A stretch of DNA of 64,000 bases from Lama glama (lineage: Eukaryota): assembly GCA_028534125.1 (NCBI GenBank), contig CM052832.1:19346001-19410000 (forward strand), in the 5' to 3' direction. This document shows positions 49,101-64,000 of the stretch, in pieces. The notes below the pieces were generated by a model that searched no databases, had not been told where the DNA came from, and was given only the letters and a program-made list of their open reading frames with translations. Position numbers and translations under genes: made by a program. Every line of letters begins with the position of its first letter. Position 1 is the stretch's first letter.

Positions 49101-51374
49101 GGTTCAAAAAGGGAGCTACTACATAGTTAAACTCCTAAATATTTCTTTCTTTAACTTGGGGAAAGAGTTCCAGATTATGTTTGTCAAGTTTACTAATTTA
49201 TCAAAGAACCTAAGAAAATAAAACCCACTTTTGTGAGTCCTTTCAACAATAACTGAAGGCCCTTTTCAATCTTTTGTTTTACACCTTTCCCCCGTCTCTC
49301 TAATGTAACTGCTAAGTAAGAAGCACTTTTTTAAGGACAGCCAGTTCACATCAGTGGTCATGGTGATTCCAAGGTGACTCTGACCTTGCCAAGGCTCTAG
49401 GAAACAGAGTTTCTGTTAAAGAACAACTGGTCATATTTCATTTTTCTTTCACACTTTGTCCTAATTCTTTTCTCGGTGCTGAACTGTGTGTGTGTGTGTG
49501 TAAACAAGAGGGAGAGAGAAGTGTTTATGTCTACCTAGAAAATATTGGTCTAAGGAAAAACATCCATTAATAACCCTCATCAGTTCTGATCAAGAACTAA
49601 AAGGCTGGTGATATTAGTTTGTCCATTCACATGTGTCATGCCTTTTGTTCCAAATATCTTGTATTCTCCATTTGACATTTTGACATGATTTTAGAATGTA
49701 TGTGAAATTGGAAGATGTGCAAATTACAGCATATATATATATTTATTTATAGTAATAAGCTGTTCTAAGCACAGACAGACATTTAATAAACATTTATAAA
49801 ATCATTGTCAACCTTTTAAGAAAAAATAGAAAAAGGCTCTAATAAAATAGTTAAATTGCTAGCTAGTTGTGTGTGTTTAAAATTATCACTTAATTAAAGT
49901 ATCAGACCATTCTCAATAAGAAATTTCATTTGTCGCTGCTAAAATAAGGTCTTTTTGGCAACTCTGACAATAGTACGTATATAACAGAAAATAAGTTCTT
50001 ATTCTTATAGTGCATGAGCTTTGGAAACACAGAAGGTGAAATTTTAGGAATACGTAGTATGATTTAAAGTTCTGCCAAGGTATACCAAGCTTTTCGTGGA
50101 TGGATGCTGTGCACCTACTAGAAAATTGGTCCTTAGGTTCACATTTTAGGATAATTGATAGAATGAGCTTATTGCATTTTCCTATAAATTCAGAGGGACT
50201 GTTCATGATGGAAGTATGATGACTTCCATATGGTAAGAATAATAGGAAAATGTGACCAAACAAATAGCAAAAGTACAGCCAAGGAAGACAAGTAAAATGA
50301 TGCCCAACCGTATGTTGAATGCTGCTCGTGTATCCTTTCACATTTTCTCAAGAATATTTATCAAGAGCCCGCTAAATGCCAGGCAGTGGGCTGTATTCTA
50401 GCCACACAGATATTAAAAAGACACCCAGTATGTGCCAGTCAGAAATTACAACAAGGTAACTGTTGTGGGAGGATGCTGAAAAGAGTTTTAAAAGAAAAGC
50501 CATGTGAAAAAGTATAAACAGATGAAAAAATAATTTCAGAGATTGTTACTCCAAGGAAAGAAAATTATTTATTCACACCTAATGAATAATTGGCTTGAAT
50601 GCTTCTAAAGAATATGGTAACAGACTCTACTCCATCACAGCTGGGTACTAAAAAGAGGGAAACAAAACTACCACTGTGGTGTGAAGTTTGAAGAATTTAG
50701 GTCAGATTGAAAGAAAGCTTATTAAAAAATGGTAAAGACTACTCAGCATTGATTGAAGGAAAGTGCCATCTCCTTTTCATCTATTTTTAAGTAAAAATGC
50801 ACTCTCTTGATGCGTGTATTTCAGTCCTATACAAAAATGGCGGAGATGAATTGAGACTGCTGTCTAAGCTGAGGAGTGGTGGGTTACGTTGCTGTCAGAG
50901 TCTTCCTGGGCAGCCTGAAGGACCACTGCCCAGGCTGTCATGTCACACTCCCTCATGGAGGAAGCAGTGTGTGGGAGGAAACTGCTGGAGTGACTGGCAG
51001 TAATCCACACTGGTACCTTCTGTTGTGATTTCTCAAGTTCCAGAGAGTTCTTCAGTGTAAATAAACATGTGCTGTAATTTGATGGCACTTCCAATCAGTT
51101 TTTTTTTAAGCAATAAAATTTGAAGCAACACCATGAACACAAAAGGTTTGGAAAATATTCCTGTTTGGGAGTGTGGTTTTTGTATTTAGAACCAGATGTA
51201 GCCTAGCATCCTTGACAGATATCACAACTATCCAAAGAGGCTGCAATTTTTTCCACACGCTGTACATCCAGAAAAGAAACCCAAGAGTCATGTGTTAAAG
51301 TAATAAGGTCAGTGAAACTCAGGAATCAGTAATAAGAAACCAGCATATAAATTCATCTGTGATGAAACATTCTC

Positions 51375-51441
51375 TTTTTTTATTGAAGTATAGGCTGTTA
51401 ACAATGTTGTGTTAATTTCTGGTGTACAGCATAGTGATTCA

Positions 51442-51502
<61 letters not shown>

Positions 51503-51668
51503 CTTTTCACATTCTTTTTCATTATAGGCTGTTACAAAGTATTGAATATAGTTCCCTGTGCTATACATTAGGTCCTTGTTGTTTAATCTCTTTTATATAT
51601 AGTAGTTAGTATCTGCAAATCCCAAACTCCCAATTTATCCCTCTGCTTCCTCTTTTCCCCCTGGTAAC
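51375..51668 (-). mobile_element. L1 3' tail fragment containing (TA)~27 (51446-51500)
   Basis: ttttattgaagtatag...gttccctgtgctatac...cccctggtaac. Confidence 0.85.
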
Positions 51669-53699
51669 AAGACATTCATTTTTGATTAGGATATAGAAAC
51701 TTGTTCGTATATATTTCTCTTTAATTTAGAACGAATGTGTGTGTGTATGTGTGTGTGTGTGTGCACGTAATCTTAAATGCCTAACTTATGGAAACTTTGT
51801 TTCAAAGGTCCAGAGTAGCACAGAGCAGTAATAAATCCTTGGACTGTTTTTGGTGAAGTAGCATGGTGAGAAGACCTTGCTAATAAATCCAGGAACTTGG
51901 ACTTGGACCCCATGGGACTCTCAGTTCTATTAGGTCCCTGGCCCCAGACTGTCCCCAGACATCCAGCTGTCCTCTTAAGTGTGGCGTTGGTTGAGGCACA
52001 GGTGAGAGTGTATAATTCAGCTTACATCTGTCCCCACACTGGAGAACAACCAAAAAGGTCTGTGTCCTGCAGTAGTATGCTAATAGTCTTACCTTATGTA
52101 CAAAATAAAACGTGTATCAGTGTACTTCAAAATGGATGGGTGGATGGAGGCTTTTTTTTTTTTTTGAAGGTAGGGCTATTTGCATTTGGTTGATTTCAGC
52201 AAGAAGTATAAAGGTGCTGTGCTTTAGTATCTAGCTTGGTCAACAATGAAAATTCCCATTTATTGCTGTGAAAGGCTCCTTTTTAAGCAGCCAGCCAGAT
52301 CAAGCTCAGATGTCATCCCATGATTACATAGTTTGGATGTTTGGTTTGTTGAAATAAGATTGATTTCAGCCCACTGGTTAGCTAGGGGCAGAACTAGGTG
52401 GTGAGGGACTGTGGGAGAGTGAAAACTAAATGGACTTGGTATATTTGCAATGTCTAATATTTAACTTGGAATATTTCTCTCTAGGAGATTTCTAATGGCA
52501 GTCTATGCTTCTTTGTGTTTTTTTCCCCTCACCTTCTATCAGTAAGTATTTCTGAATTTCAAAGATTGATGAGCCTCCTTTGCTATTTCAAATTATACAA
52601 CCTAATGTAACTGGGCTACCAACTTTTAGCAATATTTATAAAAGAAGTCATCTAATGGTACTCAAGTTGCATTTTGTAACTTATACACTGGTTGATAAAA
52701 CTCCATTGTCACAGCCTGTTTTCCTAGTAGTGAACAGATAACTCAATTTCTAGTACTCCAAGGTTTGCATTAGCTAGTATAGGGTCTTACACAGCTGGTT
52801 TTTAGAGGTTAGATAAAAATGATTTGAAATATCAATTTAAAAATTATAAATATTTATATTTACTGTAACATAGAGAGTCTTTTACTATGGCTTTTGCAAA
52901 TGTATAGCTTGTTTCTCATGAACTCTTATGACAAATTTTTATTTAGTCAAATAGGATATGGAAATGGATTGAATTAACTTTTCTTTAGCTGGCACTTCTA
53001 ATCAGATTGCTATTCCCTTGTATTATTCCTGTTTAAATTATTTTATCAATAATATTGATTAACTTTGTCTGGCTCACCTTACCTGTTAGTCTAAAACATG
53101 TGTACATGGGTATGTATATGATGAAATACAGGCAATGTGATTTGTCACTGGGATTTTTACTTAGTGACTCTTATTATTTCCTGAATTCTCTCTCTTCCAC
53201 TTCCCTAATTCACTTGCTTATGTATAACCATATTCAAATTGTAATTCTCTATCTGTCTAGGAATTCCCTTTGATCTTGTCTTACAGTATCAAGATACTGG
53301 AGTTGTATGCATCAAACTTGGTGTCAAGAGAACCTGTCCAATGCTTATTATAAATGAATTGATCAAAGAAAGACCATCTTGGTTAGATGTCTGCATTTTA
53401 ATCTGAAGCAATGTCAGTTTAGCTGTGTGTCCCAGTCACCATGGGATTACTCTGAGTATATAGACAGAACTATAGAATCATAATGGCAGTCTTCCAGGAC
53501 TCCATCTAAGTGATACTAAAGGATTATGGAAGGCTTTGTCTGTGGTGTCTAGAGAAGGGGGGTCTGGAGATGAGTTGCTCTGTGCCTCTGCTATTATCTT
53601 AGGCCTCTTTGCATGCGGGAGAGTTTGGAACTCAATGAATTGCTGTTAATCACAAAGTTATGGCTCTGACATTTTGGTAATAAAAAGTTAATATGACAA

Positions 53700-54480
53700 A
53701 TTTTTTTCATCAAAAAAGGTTCTGAGTACCTGTTTCTGTGCCAGGCATCATGCTGATTGGATTTGCAAGGGCAGGGAAGCCAGACAAGTTCACAGCTTCA
53801 TGAAGCTTGTTGTGTAGTGGAGAAGACAGATGGGCAAAGAAGCCGTCACAATGAAGCATGCTGTACGGGAAGGTACTGAAGGCACTGGGGCTACTGGGGC
53901 AGATACCATAGGCCAGAGGAATCCTCAAAGACTTCCTGGAAGAAATGACATTTGAGGCCTAAAAGGGATGTGTAGATGTCAGCTGGGCAAATAGGGGGAG
54001 GAAGAGTGTTCCAGGCAAAAAGAACAGCATATGTGAAAGTCTACAGATGAGGGAGCATATGGCACATTTGAAAAACTTCCACAAGTTTTTCTTGGCTGAA
54101 TCATGGGGAGGTGTTGGAATGGAAAGGGTGGGGATGGAACTATAGGAGAGAAGTGACTTAGGAAGTAGAAAGGGACCAATTTAAAAAGGGTATTTAAAAG
54201 GAGTTCTGACTTTCTTCTAAAACCAATTGGAAGTATTGATGGCATTTTAGCAGGAAACTCTTGCTGCCACCATAAGGTTGGAGGTCAGGAGACCACTTAA
54301 TGGAGATGAATGTGGTACTCTTGGTGGGAGAGGCTGTGGAGATGGTAGGTGGATCAGATTTGAGAGACAGGACTTAGTGACTGGTTGGAAATGAGGGTAA
54401 CGAGGAGAGATTAGTTGGATGATTTTTGGATTTCTGGCCTAGGCAACTGGATAGATGATATTGTCCTTCATGAGACGGGG
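53700..54480 (-). mobile_element. L2 LINE fragment
   Basis: ctgagtacctgtttctgtgccaggc...gacttcctggaagaaatgacatttgag...ttccaggcaaaaagaacagcatatgtgaaag. Confidence 0.8.
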
Positions 54481-54587
54481 GAGTAGTTTGTCTTTTGATA
54501 ACAGTGACAGTCAGAAATATTTGAAGTGTTACCTGTTTGAACACTGAGCCAACCCAAATGTTGGAAGATGTACAAAATCGGAACCTA

Positions 54588-54595
54588 CTGTGTGT

Positions 54596-54627
<32 letters not shown>
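54588..54627. repeat. (TG)n/(TGCG) microsatellite
   Basis: Directly visible. Confidence 0.9.
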
Positions 54628-54629
54628 AT

Positions 54630-54760
54630 TTGTTTACTGTGCGCTTTGTACCATTCTAGACACTTTACAAAGATTATCTAATTTAATCCTCACAGCAACC
54701 TTGCGAAGTAGGGATTGTTATTATTCCCAGTTTACAGAGGAGGCAACTGATGACTAAGAC
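54630..54760 (-). mobile_element. MIR SINE
   Basis: atttaatcctcacagcaaccttgcgaagtagg...cccagtttacagaggaggcaactga. Confidence 0.7.
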
Positions 54761-55959
54761 ATCTTCTTGTGAAGCTCATAGTCAAGAGGCACCATGTGGA
54801 AATATATTGCATTAGGGCAGAGGGAAGCATTTCCTACCGAGTTAACAGAATTTGATTGAAGATGATCATTCAGTGTCTTTTTGTTCTTGAAAGGGTGTTT
54901 GGAGGGTGAAGGATTTTATTTATTTATTTATGCTTTGATTTAATTATCATAGGAAGAAGAAGATACATAAAGAAGATTAAAAATTAGGAAGTAAATCCAG
55001 AAAAGGGGCACAATTTTCTTTTAAATTCCTTAATATCCTTCTTTAACAAGTCATCATTAATCACAAAATCCTTGCCTAGAGTTATTTTAGTTGTATTCTC
55101 AATTGACTTTTTTTTTTTTTTGCCTTGGCTAATATTCCCTATAGGACAGATATTTTTGTTGAATGTTTCCAATACAGTACTTGAAATGGCTTTGGCATGT
55201 CTACTTACAAAAGGGCTCCCACAGGAAACCCAAGGTATTTTTACATGGAAATTTACTACAGAGTGTGAAGAGATTGGAGAAAGAGATAACTGAGCCCAGA
55301 GCCACGAATAAAGTTTTAAATTCTTACCATGTTTACTGTCAACAGGCAGGTGTCAAGTCTGAAAGGTGTTGTCTTCCACGTTTTGTACCTTCATATTCTT
55401 CCAGATCCGCTCTTCCAACACTTTCATTTGCTATTTCTTTACCTTGCCACTCCTTCTTAAGAGGTAGAGTCTATTTTTTTTCCCCATGAAACTAAACGGG
55501 ACTTTGGATTGCCTGGAAGAAAAGAATGCAATGAAAGTGATGTTACATTGCTGGCCTTCACGTTGTATTGCACACTACCTCTTATATCAGGACCTTTACA
55601 GATGGCTGTTTTCTGAGTCTAGAACGTTCTCCCCCATTCCTCTATTTCTTGGTGTACATCAGGCCTTTCTCCTTGTTACAGCTGAATTTGCCTTTGTGTG
55701 GTTGAATAGTTGATTGAAGTCTACATCTCTTCCTAGACTATACACCCCAAGAGGTGTCAGGTTTCATGTCTGTTTATACTCATCGTTGTACCACTCCGGC
55801 ATCAGATAGTGTCTGGCACACACTTTTTATTTTTTTTTGGAATGAACAGTAATTGCGCTACTTTCCTGGTGTATGAAAATGGATGTAGTCAGTTTTTGCT
55901 TTAAATACTACTTATTTCCTTTATATTTAAAAATTTAAAATTTTTTTAAAAAAACAAGG

Positions 55960-56480
55960 TGTTTCCAATTTTAAGACTACATAATAAATTACCCCCAAAT
56001 TTAGTAGTATAACAACACAATGATTCATTTTGCTTCTGGGTCCTGTGTGTCAGACATGTAGGGAGAACACAGAAGAGATGGTTTTTCTCTGCTCCTTGTT
56101 GTCTGGAGCCCTGGCTGAAGACTTGAAGGCTGGCTGCTGGAATCATGTGAAAGTTGGTTCCCTCACTTGAGTGAGGGCTAATGTTGGCTGTCAGTTGGGC
56201 CTTAACTTCCTCTTCACCTGCATTTTTCCACGTGGTCTCTCCCTTTGGAGACTAGACTGGGCTTCTTCATAGAATGGTGGTGGGGTTCCAAGGGCAAGTG
56301 TGGAAAGAGAGACAGACAGATAGACAGAGAGACTCAGAAATCAGACAACATCATATCCATTGTATTTTATTCTTCCAAGCAATCCAAAGTCCTGTTTAGA
56401 TTTTTGGGGTTGGGGGCAAAGAGAATTCACTTCTCAGTGGGAGTTGGTGGGATTCTGGGAAAGGAAATGGGCCGGAACTA
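55960..56480 (-). mobile_element. MLT1 (MaLR) LTR
   Basis: cataataaattacccccaaatttagtag...ctctgctcc...gctggaatcat...gggcttcttcatagaatggtgg. Confidence 0.7.
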
Positions 56481-59400
56481 TTGCGGTGGCCACAGTCCCC
56501 TACACTTGGGGTTTGTTTCAGTTATGGCACTTAGATACTGTTATTGCATACCTTCAATGTCAATATTTTGATAATTACTTTGTGAATTAGCACACAGGCT
56601 CTTCCCTTTGCATGTCTCTTAATTTTTAGTGTCCTGAAATGGAGAACTGAGTTTTCACCAAGTTGTTCCTATCATTAACTATACTATATATGCGGTTTAT
56701 TCCCATATAAGCAACTTCTCATTCTTGGTTTTCTGGTTGCTGAGGTAGCACTGCTCTGTTGCGGGGAATTTTTCTTGTAGAGTATGGCCAACACAGAAAA
56801 AAGAGCATGAAGGAGCCATTTAATTTGCTCTTCTGAAATATAATTTGTTAGAACTGAGTATTATTAATGTGTAAAATTTAATCTGATAAATTTGAGCATT
56901 CACATGCAGCTAATCTAAAAAAGTGACTTTGAATAAAGACAAGAAATATTTTAAAGCATTTAGATATTTCTAAATATATCAAATATTATTTAGATATTAG
57001 TAATAGAAATAAATTCATTGTAAATATTATTATTTAATAACCTTTGTGCTTAACTTTCTTAGGTCACATTTACATGATTTCCCAAGTATTTTTTTTTGCT
57101 TCTCTTTCTAAATGACTTATATTTAGCATTTTGGCTATATCCATCCTTCCTCTGTTAATTTCTTTCTTCCTTTTTTCATTTTTGTGTCTTCTTATTTTAT
57201 TCACTATTTTTAGAGCCCTTTCCACATTCTTCTTCTAGCCTTTACTGTGTTTATTAAACATGATTTTAAAAAATCTTTAGCAGCCAGCTTATCACTTCAT
57301 CTCTTTCCAGTGTGTTTCGTGTCTTGTTTTCAAAGTTAAAAAGTATATATGCTGGGAACTCTTGATTAAATGCAGATTTTTTTTGATCAAGTACATGTGT
57401 TATTGACCACCTCTTCCATCCCCACTCCAGTAGAATTTGATTTCTTGATAACATTTTTATTAACATTTTATTTCATTCATTGTAATTATTTTTATTAATT
57501 TTGGCAACAACTACTCCAAATCATTTCCACAAGTGGTATTTGTAGTTGCCATGAATTAATGATTAGGGTAGAAAATGGATTGAAATATCAGGGAATCAAA
57601 GCTAAAGGTAAGATAAAAACAAACTAAGATTAGCAAAATTTAAGGAATGAAAGAGCTGCTTAATAAATGAGTGAATGAGTGCATGAGTGACTAGGTAACT
57701 CCTATCGAAACCATGCTGAGCTCACTGTCTGAGTGTCACTGAGTCTGTACCACGTTTAGATGATTTTAGTGGTTGTTGTCAAATAAAGGATGGGATTTAA
57801 AATATTACCATTTTATATATATCATCCATTCTCATGAAAGGCAATAGTTTTCTGTTGCTGGTTTTTGAAGACTGTTTTGCTAAAAATAGTTAAAAGTCAG
57901 GTAGATGATATGAATTCTTTTCCTACCTAACTGGAAGACATATAGATAATTCACTAGTAATTTGGCAAAAATGATTCCTGTTTCCTTCAAAGAAGATAGA
58001 TGATGTATGTGATTTAGAAGTTAATGAAAATGAAAGGGCCTCATGTATTTCTTCAGAAGTATAACTACGAACAAGCATGTGTCAGTTTCATTTGTTATTT
58101 AAACCACATAAGGTTTTCCCCCCCAATTGATCTGAGGTACGTTTTCTTTATCAGAAGCAAATACCTGTCAACTTTGTTATTTCTTTGTTGCCCCTATTTT
58201 CCTGCCCCTCAGTGGCTGTGGCTCCCTTTCATCTCCAGATTCTCTCTGTCCCTCTTGAATTGTGGGATATTCTCTGCCCCCAGAAATCTAGAAAGAGATG
58301 GAAAGAGATGGACCAATGGTTGAATCAAGAAGACAGCCTGTCTTACACACCTGCAAAGCAGACTTACAAGATGAAGATTCCTAAGTGTTCTTTGCGGTGC
58401 TCCACTGTAAAAGGTCAAGTTTTCAGATAGTTTGGGAGGCCAAATTCCTCTTCCTATGAAGCTCAGCAGAATGGCTTTACTGCAAGGTTGCCCAACCAAT
58501 ACTGTTTATACAGGGTGACCCTTTACTTTGACTTACTATTCTACTCCCCATGGAAGTGAAAATTGCAGTTTATCCTTGGATGGCATATGGCAGGTTTGGA
58601 ACAGTATGTCTAGAAATTACATTCAGCCCAGGGTTGTTTGGTAGCTGGTAACCTAGAAACCTAATTGCAACAACAAGCCATCCAAACACAGTTATTCTTC
58701 TGAGTGCTCGTAATGAAAGTAATACCGGGAGGGATCAGCCAGAAATTGACTAGACAGCCCTTGCAAACAAAACTGGCTTCCAGTTTATGGTTATTGCTAA
58801 CTGGGGTGCAGTCATTCTGAACCATGTTTAGTGGAACTTAAAAAAAAATTCCTCTGTTCCTGGTAATATGTTCACTGAAGACTTACTGGATGAAATATCA
58901 TTCTTTTTCATTTGCAGGTTAAAATAGCTCTTTTTTCCCTCTATATCTAAGTGGAAGAGGTTTGCTTTCTTAGATAAATGTTCTTTATTCCCCCCTCAGT
59001 ATTTCGTATTATTTAAGCACTATGACAAAACAGAAAGGGATGCAGCTTGGAAACTGGAACACAAGCACACTCATTTTATTCATTCATGGCTTCATTTCCG
59101 CGTTATAAATATAAATGGAGGCAGAATAGAAGTGTAGGAAGAACTCATCGTTTCCTGTGGGACCGATTTTGTGTCATCTTCTGGATTCCTCGAATTATTT
59201 GTGTTGAGTATAATTAAGGCACAAAGTAAGCCTGGCTTCTTCTTGTAAAACCCAGATTAATGATGGAAGTAGGTTGGTTCCAATTTGGGGGTGATGGAGG
59301 GCATCCCTCCCCAATTTCCCATTCCGTTGGGAACATTAGGCAGCTAATGGTGTTCCTTGAGTTGTCTATCTCCACTGTATCCTTAGTTCCAAGCTATCAC

Positions 59401-59809
59401 CATTCTTCCTTACCTTACCTTTATAATTCTGAGGTTGCATGGTAGAAATGAGGAGTTGAAATGAAACAAAAATGCAGTGGTATTTTTTTCCAACTAATCT
59501 TTCAACAGACCTGAGTTGCTAAAAGATTTTATTGAACTTGATGGTTTATGCTCAAAAAACTTGGTAAAGGCTTTCCAAGAAGTCTGTCTTATGTGGAAAG
59601 AGAAAGAGGGTGAATACTCTCCTTCAGTTGTGTTATTATTTTGTATATGTCTCCCTGCTCACTACGCCTCTATGTGCATTTTGGGTAATCAGGCTTACTT
59701 AGCCTGAATTATCTCTCCAACCCTTAATTTATATGTTGCATCTGTAGAGGTTGCCCATCCATTTTTATCTGAATGCTTCAGTTTCACCTTGTTTATCATT
59801 GAGAAAGGG

Positions 59810-59990
59810 CAGGGGTTAGTGGAAGGAGCATGGATTTTGAAACTAAATAGGCCTGAGTTTCAGTCTTGATCCTGGGACCTAGAGTACTGTTTCCTCATTG
59901 GAAAGTGGAAAAAGTTATCTATGTCTCGAAGTTGTAGTTATCAAGAAATATTAAGTGAACATCTACCACGTGTCAGATGCTGAACTGGGT
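59810..59990 (+). mobile_element. MIR SINE
   Basis: agtggaaggagcatggattttgaa...ggcctgagttt...tgtttcctcattggaaagtgg. Confidence 0.55.
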
Positions 59991-62900
59991 GCCTCGGGTG
60001 AAAAATGAGAAATAGGTGACCCCTACTTTTCAGGGAAGAGCTTAGTCTAGCAGGGATGATATATGTGCATGAAGGGAATATTAGTAAAGTGTGATAAATG
60101 CACACAGTGTGTAGGCCCAATGTGGGTGAACGTACCAAGGGGAATGCAATTAATATTGCATGGCAAAGGGATCAGAGACAGGGTACTTCAGAGAGGAGCT
60201 GGATCTTGAAAAATCTGCAGTTCAGTAGACATATTGAGGGTGAGGTAAGAAAGCCAAAAGCAGGGGTGTAGACGCATAAAATTTCATAGCTGTGTTGGTC
60301 AATAGTTTGGGCAGTGACCTCTGGGATATGAGAGGCCATGCGCCTCCAACTTGACAGAAATGTGCTTTGGCTACAACAAGTCCCCAGAGCAGTGATTCTC
60401 AACTCTTGGGATATCCTAACTCTACCAGTTACCCCTCTGCCCGACCATCATTTAGCCACACAAATTATGGCCTCAATTAGTTGAATTCATAAGCATTGCA
60501 TATTCAGATGTCCAAAGCACAGGTAGTTTAATATCCCTTGTAGTATATTTTACAGGAATCCAAGCTCTTTATTACCTGGAGATCTAATAACTGGAAAGGT
60601 AAATCTACACAGGGGAATCCACTTTAAAATCCTCAGTTGTCAACAACTCGGTGCCAATGGGCAGGGGATTTAGAATTACTCTGTGACTGAGCAGGAGAGA
60701 TTATCAAGTTTCTGTGTATGTGGAGATGTATGCTCTTGGAGAAAGTATTCCTCTTTGGTTCTTGAACAAATAATACTTATTAGACATCTGACATGCAAAT
60801 TATTGTTATTCATTGTCAGGGAATGTATACTGCACACAGAAAGTAGTCTATATTTTCTTCCTTGAAAATGGAAGGACATTAATCTAGGTCTCATTTTCCT
60901 ATGCTTGTCATTTTAGCCGTCTGTGGGAGAGTAACGAATGTCAGGCATTAAAGTGTAAATCAAGCTAAGTATATATTAAGCAGAGACAACTAAATATAAG
61001 GGGAAAGACATATTAGCCCATTTGCTAGCCTTTAACAATTTCTTTTTATTTAAAGAATATTTATTTTGTTTGCCAGTAATACCCCATATCTTCATTACAA
61101 GTTTATAATGTTAAGAGATTGATTAAAAGTGGATTGTTGCCGTGAAAACTAATGACATGTGAAATTCACACACATCACATGCTGCCAGTCGCTAAGGACC
61201 CTGAAGAGATTAGAAGAGATTAGTTTCAAGGAAGTAGAGTTCACAGAGAAAATGTCAATAGAAATGAAAACAACACGCTTATTATGTAAAGTAGAAAGAT
61301 CTCAGGAGAAAGTCCTGGGCTGGGTTGCTTTATAGCCTCAGTTTCCTCAACTGTGAATTGATGATGACAACAATACCTGTCCTAACCTAGGTTTCCCTGT
61401 AATTCATTTCGACTCAACTCATCAAACACCTGCTGTCCAGTTAACTGTAAGCTCTGGTCGTCTGGGACGCCTGACTGACTTGGGCATGGTCACATGGAGG
61501 GCTCCAGAGATGTTTGCTGCTGTTGCCCGTAATGCGCCAGGCCCTGGGCCGTGCTGGAGGAATAATGATATGAAAAAACCCAGTCCCTGGGCTCACAGAG
61601 TGAACCCTGTATCTGAGGAGACAGCAGCCAGCAAATACTAGAACCAGAATACAGAATGGCGGGGATTCAATTAGGGTACAAGTGGAAGTCCTTCATACAT
61701 TCTTGGATTCTTGGGTTTAAAAAATTTTTTTTTATTGTATGAAAGATTATTTAAATTCTATAGTGCTTTACAATTTTCAGAAGTTTCACACAGATGATTT
61801 CATATAATCCCGTGGTTTTTATTGATATGAGTGATGGTGGGTTTTTTTTTTTTCCCATACTAGATATGTTGGTTTCTTTTCTTTATTGGTCTCTTTTTAG
61901 TTAAGGCATGTGTCAGTTAGCTGCTAGCAATCTTTGTGTGGTTTTCAATTTTATGGATCATCCATAGTAAACTTTAAAATTTGAACTGATTTTCTACTAT
62001 CCTGGGAGCAATGAGGGGATGTCCTTTTGTCGGCTGATGTGTTCTAAAACTGAAGACTCATTTAGACATTAGCTTGAATCAGAGGGAGATAATAAATATT
62101 TTGGCAAAATATAAAAGGCTGGTTTAGTACATTTTATTTTAAATGACTTTTGGATTAGCTAGTGCTTTGATTATCCATATTCCTTCTCTTCTCCATCAAC
62201 AGGGAGAATTGAAAGTTTTTTGTAGTGGGCCGGAACAGAAATTGTCTCTTTTTTAAAAATTTTTCTTTCTTTCTTTTGGTTTTGGAACTTTGTATGAAAC
62301 TTGATCAACAATTCAAATTCTGTATTTCTACACATGGTGGCAAAACAGAAAAATTATTTCAGTTTTCAGACCTTTTAATTTTGTTTAAAAGTAGAGATAT
62401 GGTAAAATAAATGTGACTCATCTCCCACTTACATGTATAGTATTTGTTTTTTCTAAACAGGCCTTGAGATGATGCTAAGGACTAAACCCTGCTGTAGGCT
62501 GAGATGTGAACGTGGTGACAAAGAGGAGAGAGGCATAGTGAGAAGAATGTTCTGCATCTTCTTTAGTAATTTATGTTAAAAAATAATAAAAACCCACTCT
62601 ACTTGCTGAATGTACCTTAGAATGACAGAAAATTTTGTGGAACGCATTTGCTCAAAACTTCTAGACTAGAAGTGTTAATGTAATGGAAATCTTTGATTCA
62701 TTCTTTGCATAATAACCTTGCAGAAATGGGAGTACCAGGACTCCCCTGTGATTTCTTCAGGATATGAGGGACATCTAGTCTCTCACAGTAGAGGACAAAA
62801 TCCCCACTGTCTTTGCAGGTGGGAGCCAAGGGCCAAGTTATCCTTCCAAGGTGGACAGCTTGATTGAGGCTTCAAGACTTTCAAGGGTTCCTCCATCTGG

Positions 62901-64000
62901 CATAAGAACTTACATTCCATTTTGCTTTTCTAATCACCAAGAGGACTTTGTGATTTATTATTTACTGTAATGTAAAAGTTGTTCATGGAGCAATTAAAGA
63001 TGGTAGCCTATAAGTGGGTACCTTTAAGAAGGAAAGGGGTATATAAGGGAATAGATGTCTTGTTCCCTTAATCCTAGATGGAGTGTTTGAGTTTAAACCC
63101 AGTAGACTCCCTGGAGATTTTGATTTTGGATTATTCCAATTCAGTTCACTTTAGGGACCACTTGATTCCACGACTCTCCCTGCAAAAATCAGATTGGGAG
63201 TAAAATGAACTTGGCCTTACTTAATTGCATTCAATGTCAGGGCCTTTCTTCTATTTCTTGTGGTGTAGCCCAAATAGTTTAGATACCAAAATGCCATTAC
63301 TCTTCAACGGGTGACCCTCATCCAAGCAATCCAGATAGAGAAGGAAGTGAAGTATGAAAAAGATGGGACAAAGAGGGAACAGACTTTGATTTTCTTGCTA
63401 ACAATTATTTACAAGCAAGACACAAAGTAATCATAAACTGTTGTTTTTTTTTGAAGGTCTTAGGTCTTAATACAGGACCTGGGCCAAGTACAGGTTTTAC
63501 TTCTTTGTGTGTTTTACTTAAAAGTGTTGCGTTGTCATTCATTTTCTGGGGAAGGCTGGAGATGAGCTCACGGTTGGCTGGTTTCAGAAGGGAGGTTTGT
63601 TGTGCCATCGATAGTCTTGAACTGTTACTTTCTGAGAAATAAAACCTCACTGAACCTTGAACATTCTTCTTTATGTACATCATATGCTTTAGCCTCCTGG
63701 ATGGTGCAATCTTGATGTGGAGGTGAGATTCTTTTGACCTAGTTCTGCCCTAAGGGATAGCAACTATTTTCCCAATTAAGCTAGGTTCACTGGGTAGCAA
63801 CAAACCGTTGTTTCTTATTGTTCTGAGCTAGTAGGCTTGGTATGTGATAAAAGATCCCTCCCACCACTTTTTGCATATTGGTGACAAAACTCATGACCGA
63901 TTTGCTCAATATTAATGTACACACAGAATAGTTTTAGAATTGCTAACTCATACTTAAGTTATTTATTTATTTTCTTCCTTATCCCTTTTGTTACTGAACC

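Noticed and set aside
50834..50843. YY1-like motif aaaatggcgg
   Set aside because: Single short motif with no supporting promoter context.
45078..64000. READ1-like purine-rich compound repeat known from human DCDC2 intron 2, and DCDC2 exon 3
   Set aside because: No (GAGAGGAAGGAAA)n/(GGAA)n array and no matching exon seen. The window probably ends before the orthologous positions, so absence is uninformative.
1..64000. CRISPR arrays, rRNA genes, prokaryotic operons or defence systems
   Set aside because: The sequence is clearly mammalian with spliced genes, and no regularly spaced repeat-spacer structure is visible.

Overview
Mammalian genomic DNA, most likely camelid, inferred from a Vic-1-like tRNA-derived SINE. 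The window holds the complete 11-exon MRS2 coding sequence (mitochondrial Mg2+ channel) on the minus strand: 1314 nt, 437 aa, all introns GT-AG. DCDC2 is transcribed divergently on the plus strand; coding exons 1-2 are present and the rest lies beyond the window. An antisense ORF matching the N-terminus of human KAAG1/RU2AS overlaps DCDC2 exon 1. Both genes have CpG-island promoters: NRF1/GABP-like motifs at MRS2 and an RFX X-box at DCDC2. The remainder is intronic or intergenic, with ordinary mammalian repeats and two N gaps. I see no convincing novel multi-gene system. The best oddities are an ORF1-less L1 with a doubly polyadenylated foreign 3' tail, a 76-bp segment duplicated 23 kb apart inside an L1-associated insertion, a cluster of short hairpins near 35 kb, an overlapping uORF on MRS2, and a broken KAAG1 frame. 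Repeat family names and human comparisons come from memory, not from searches, and most repeat boundaries are approximate.
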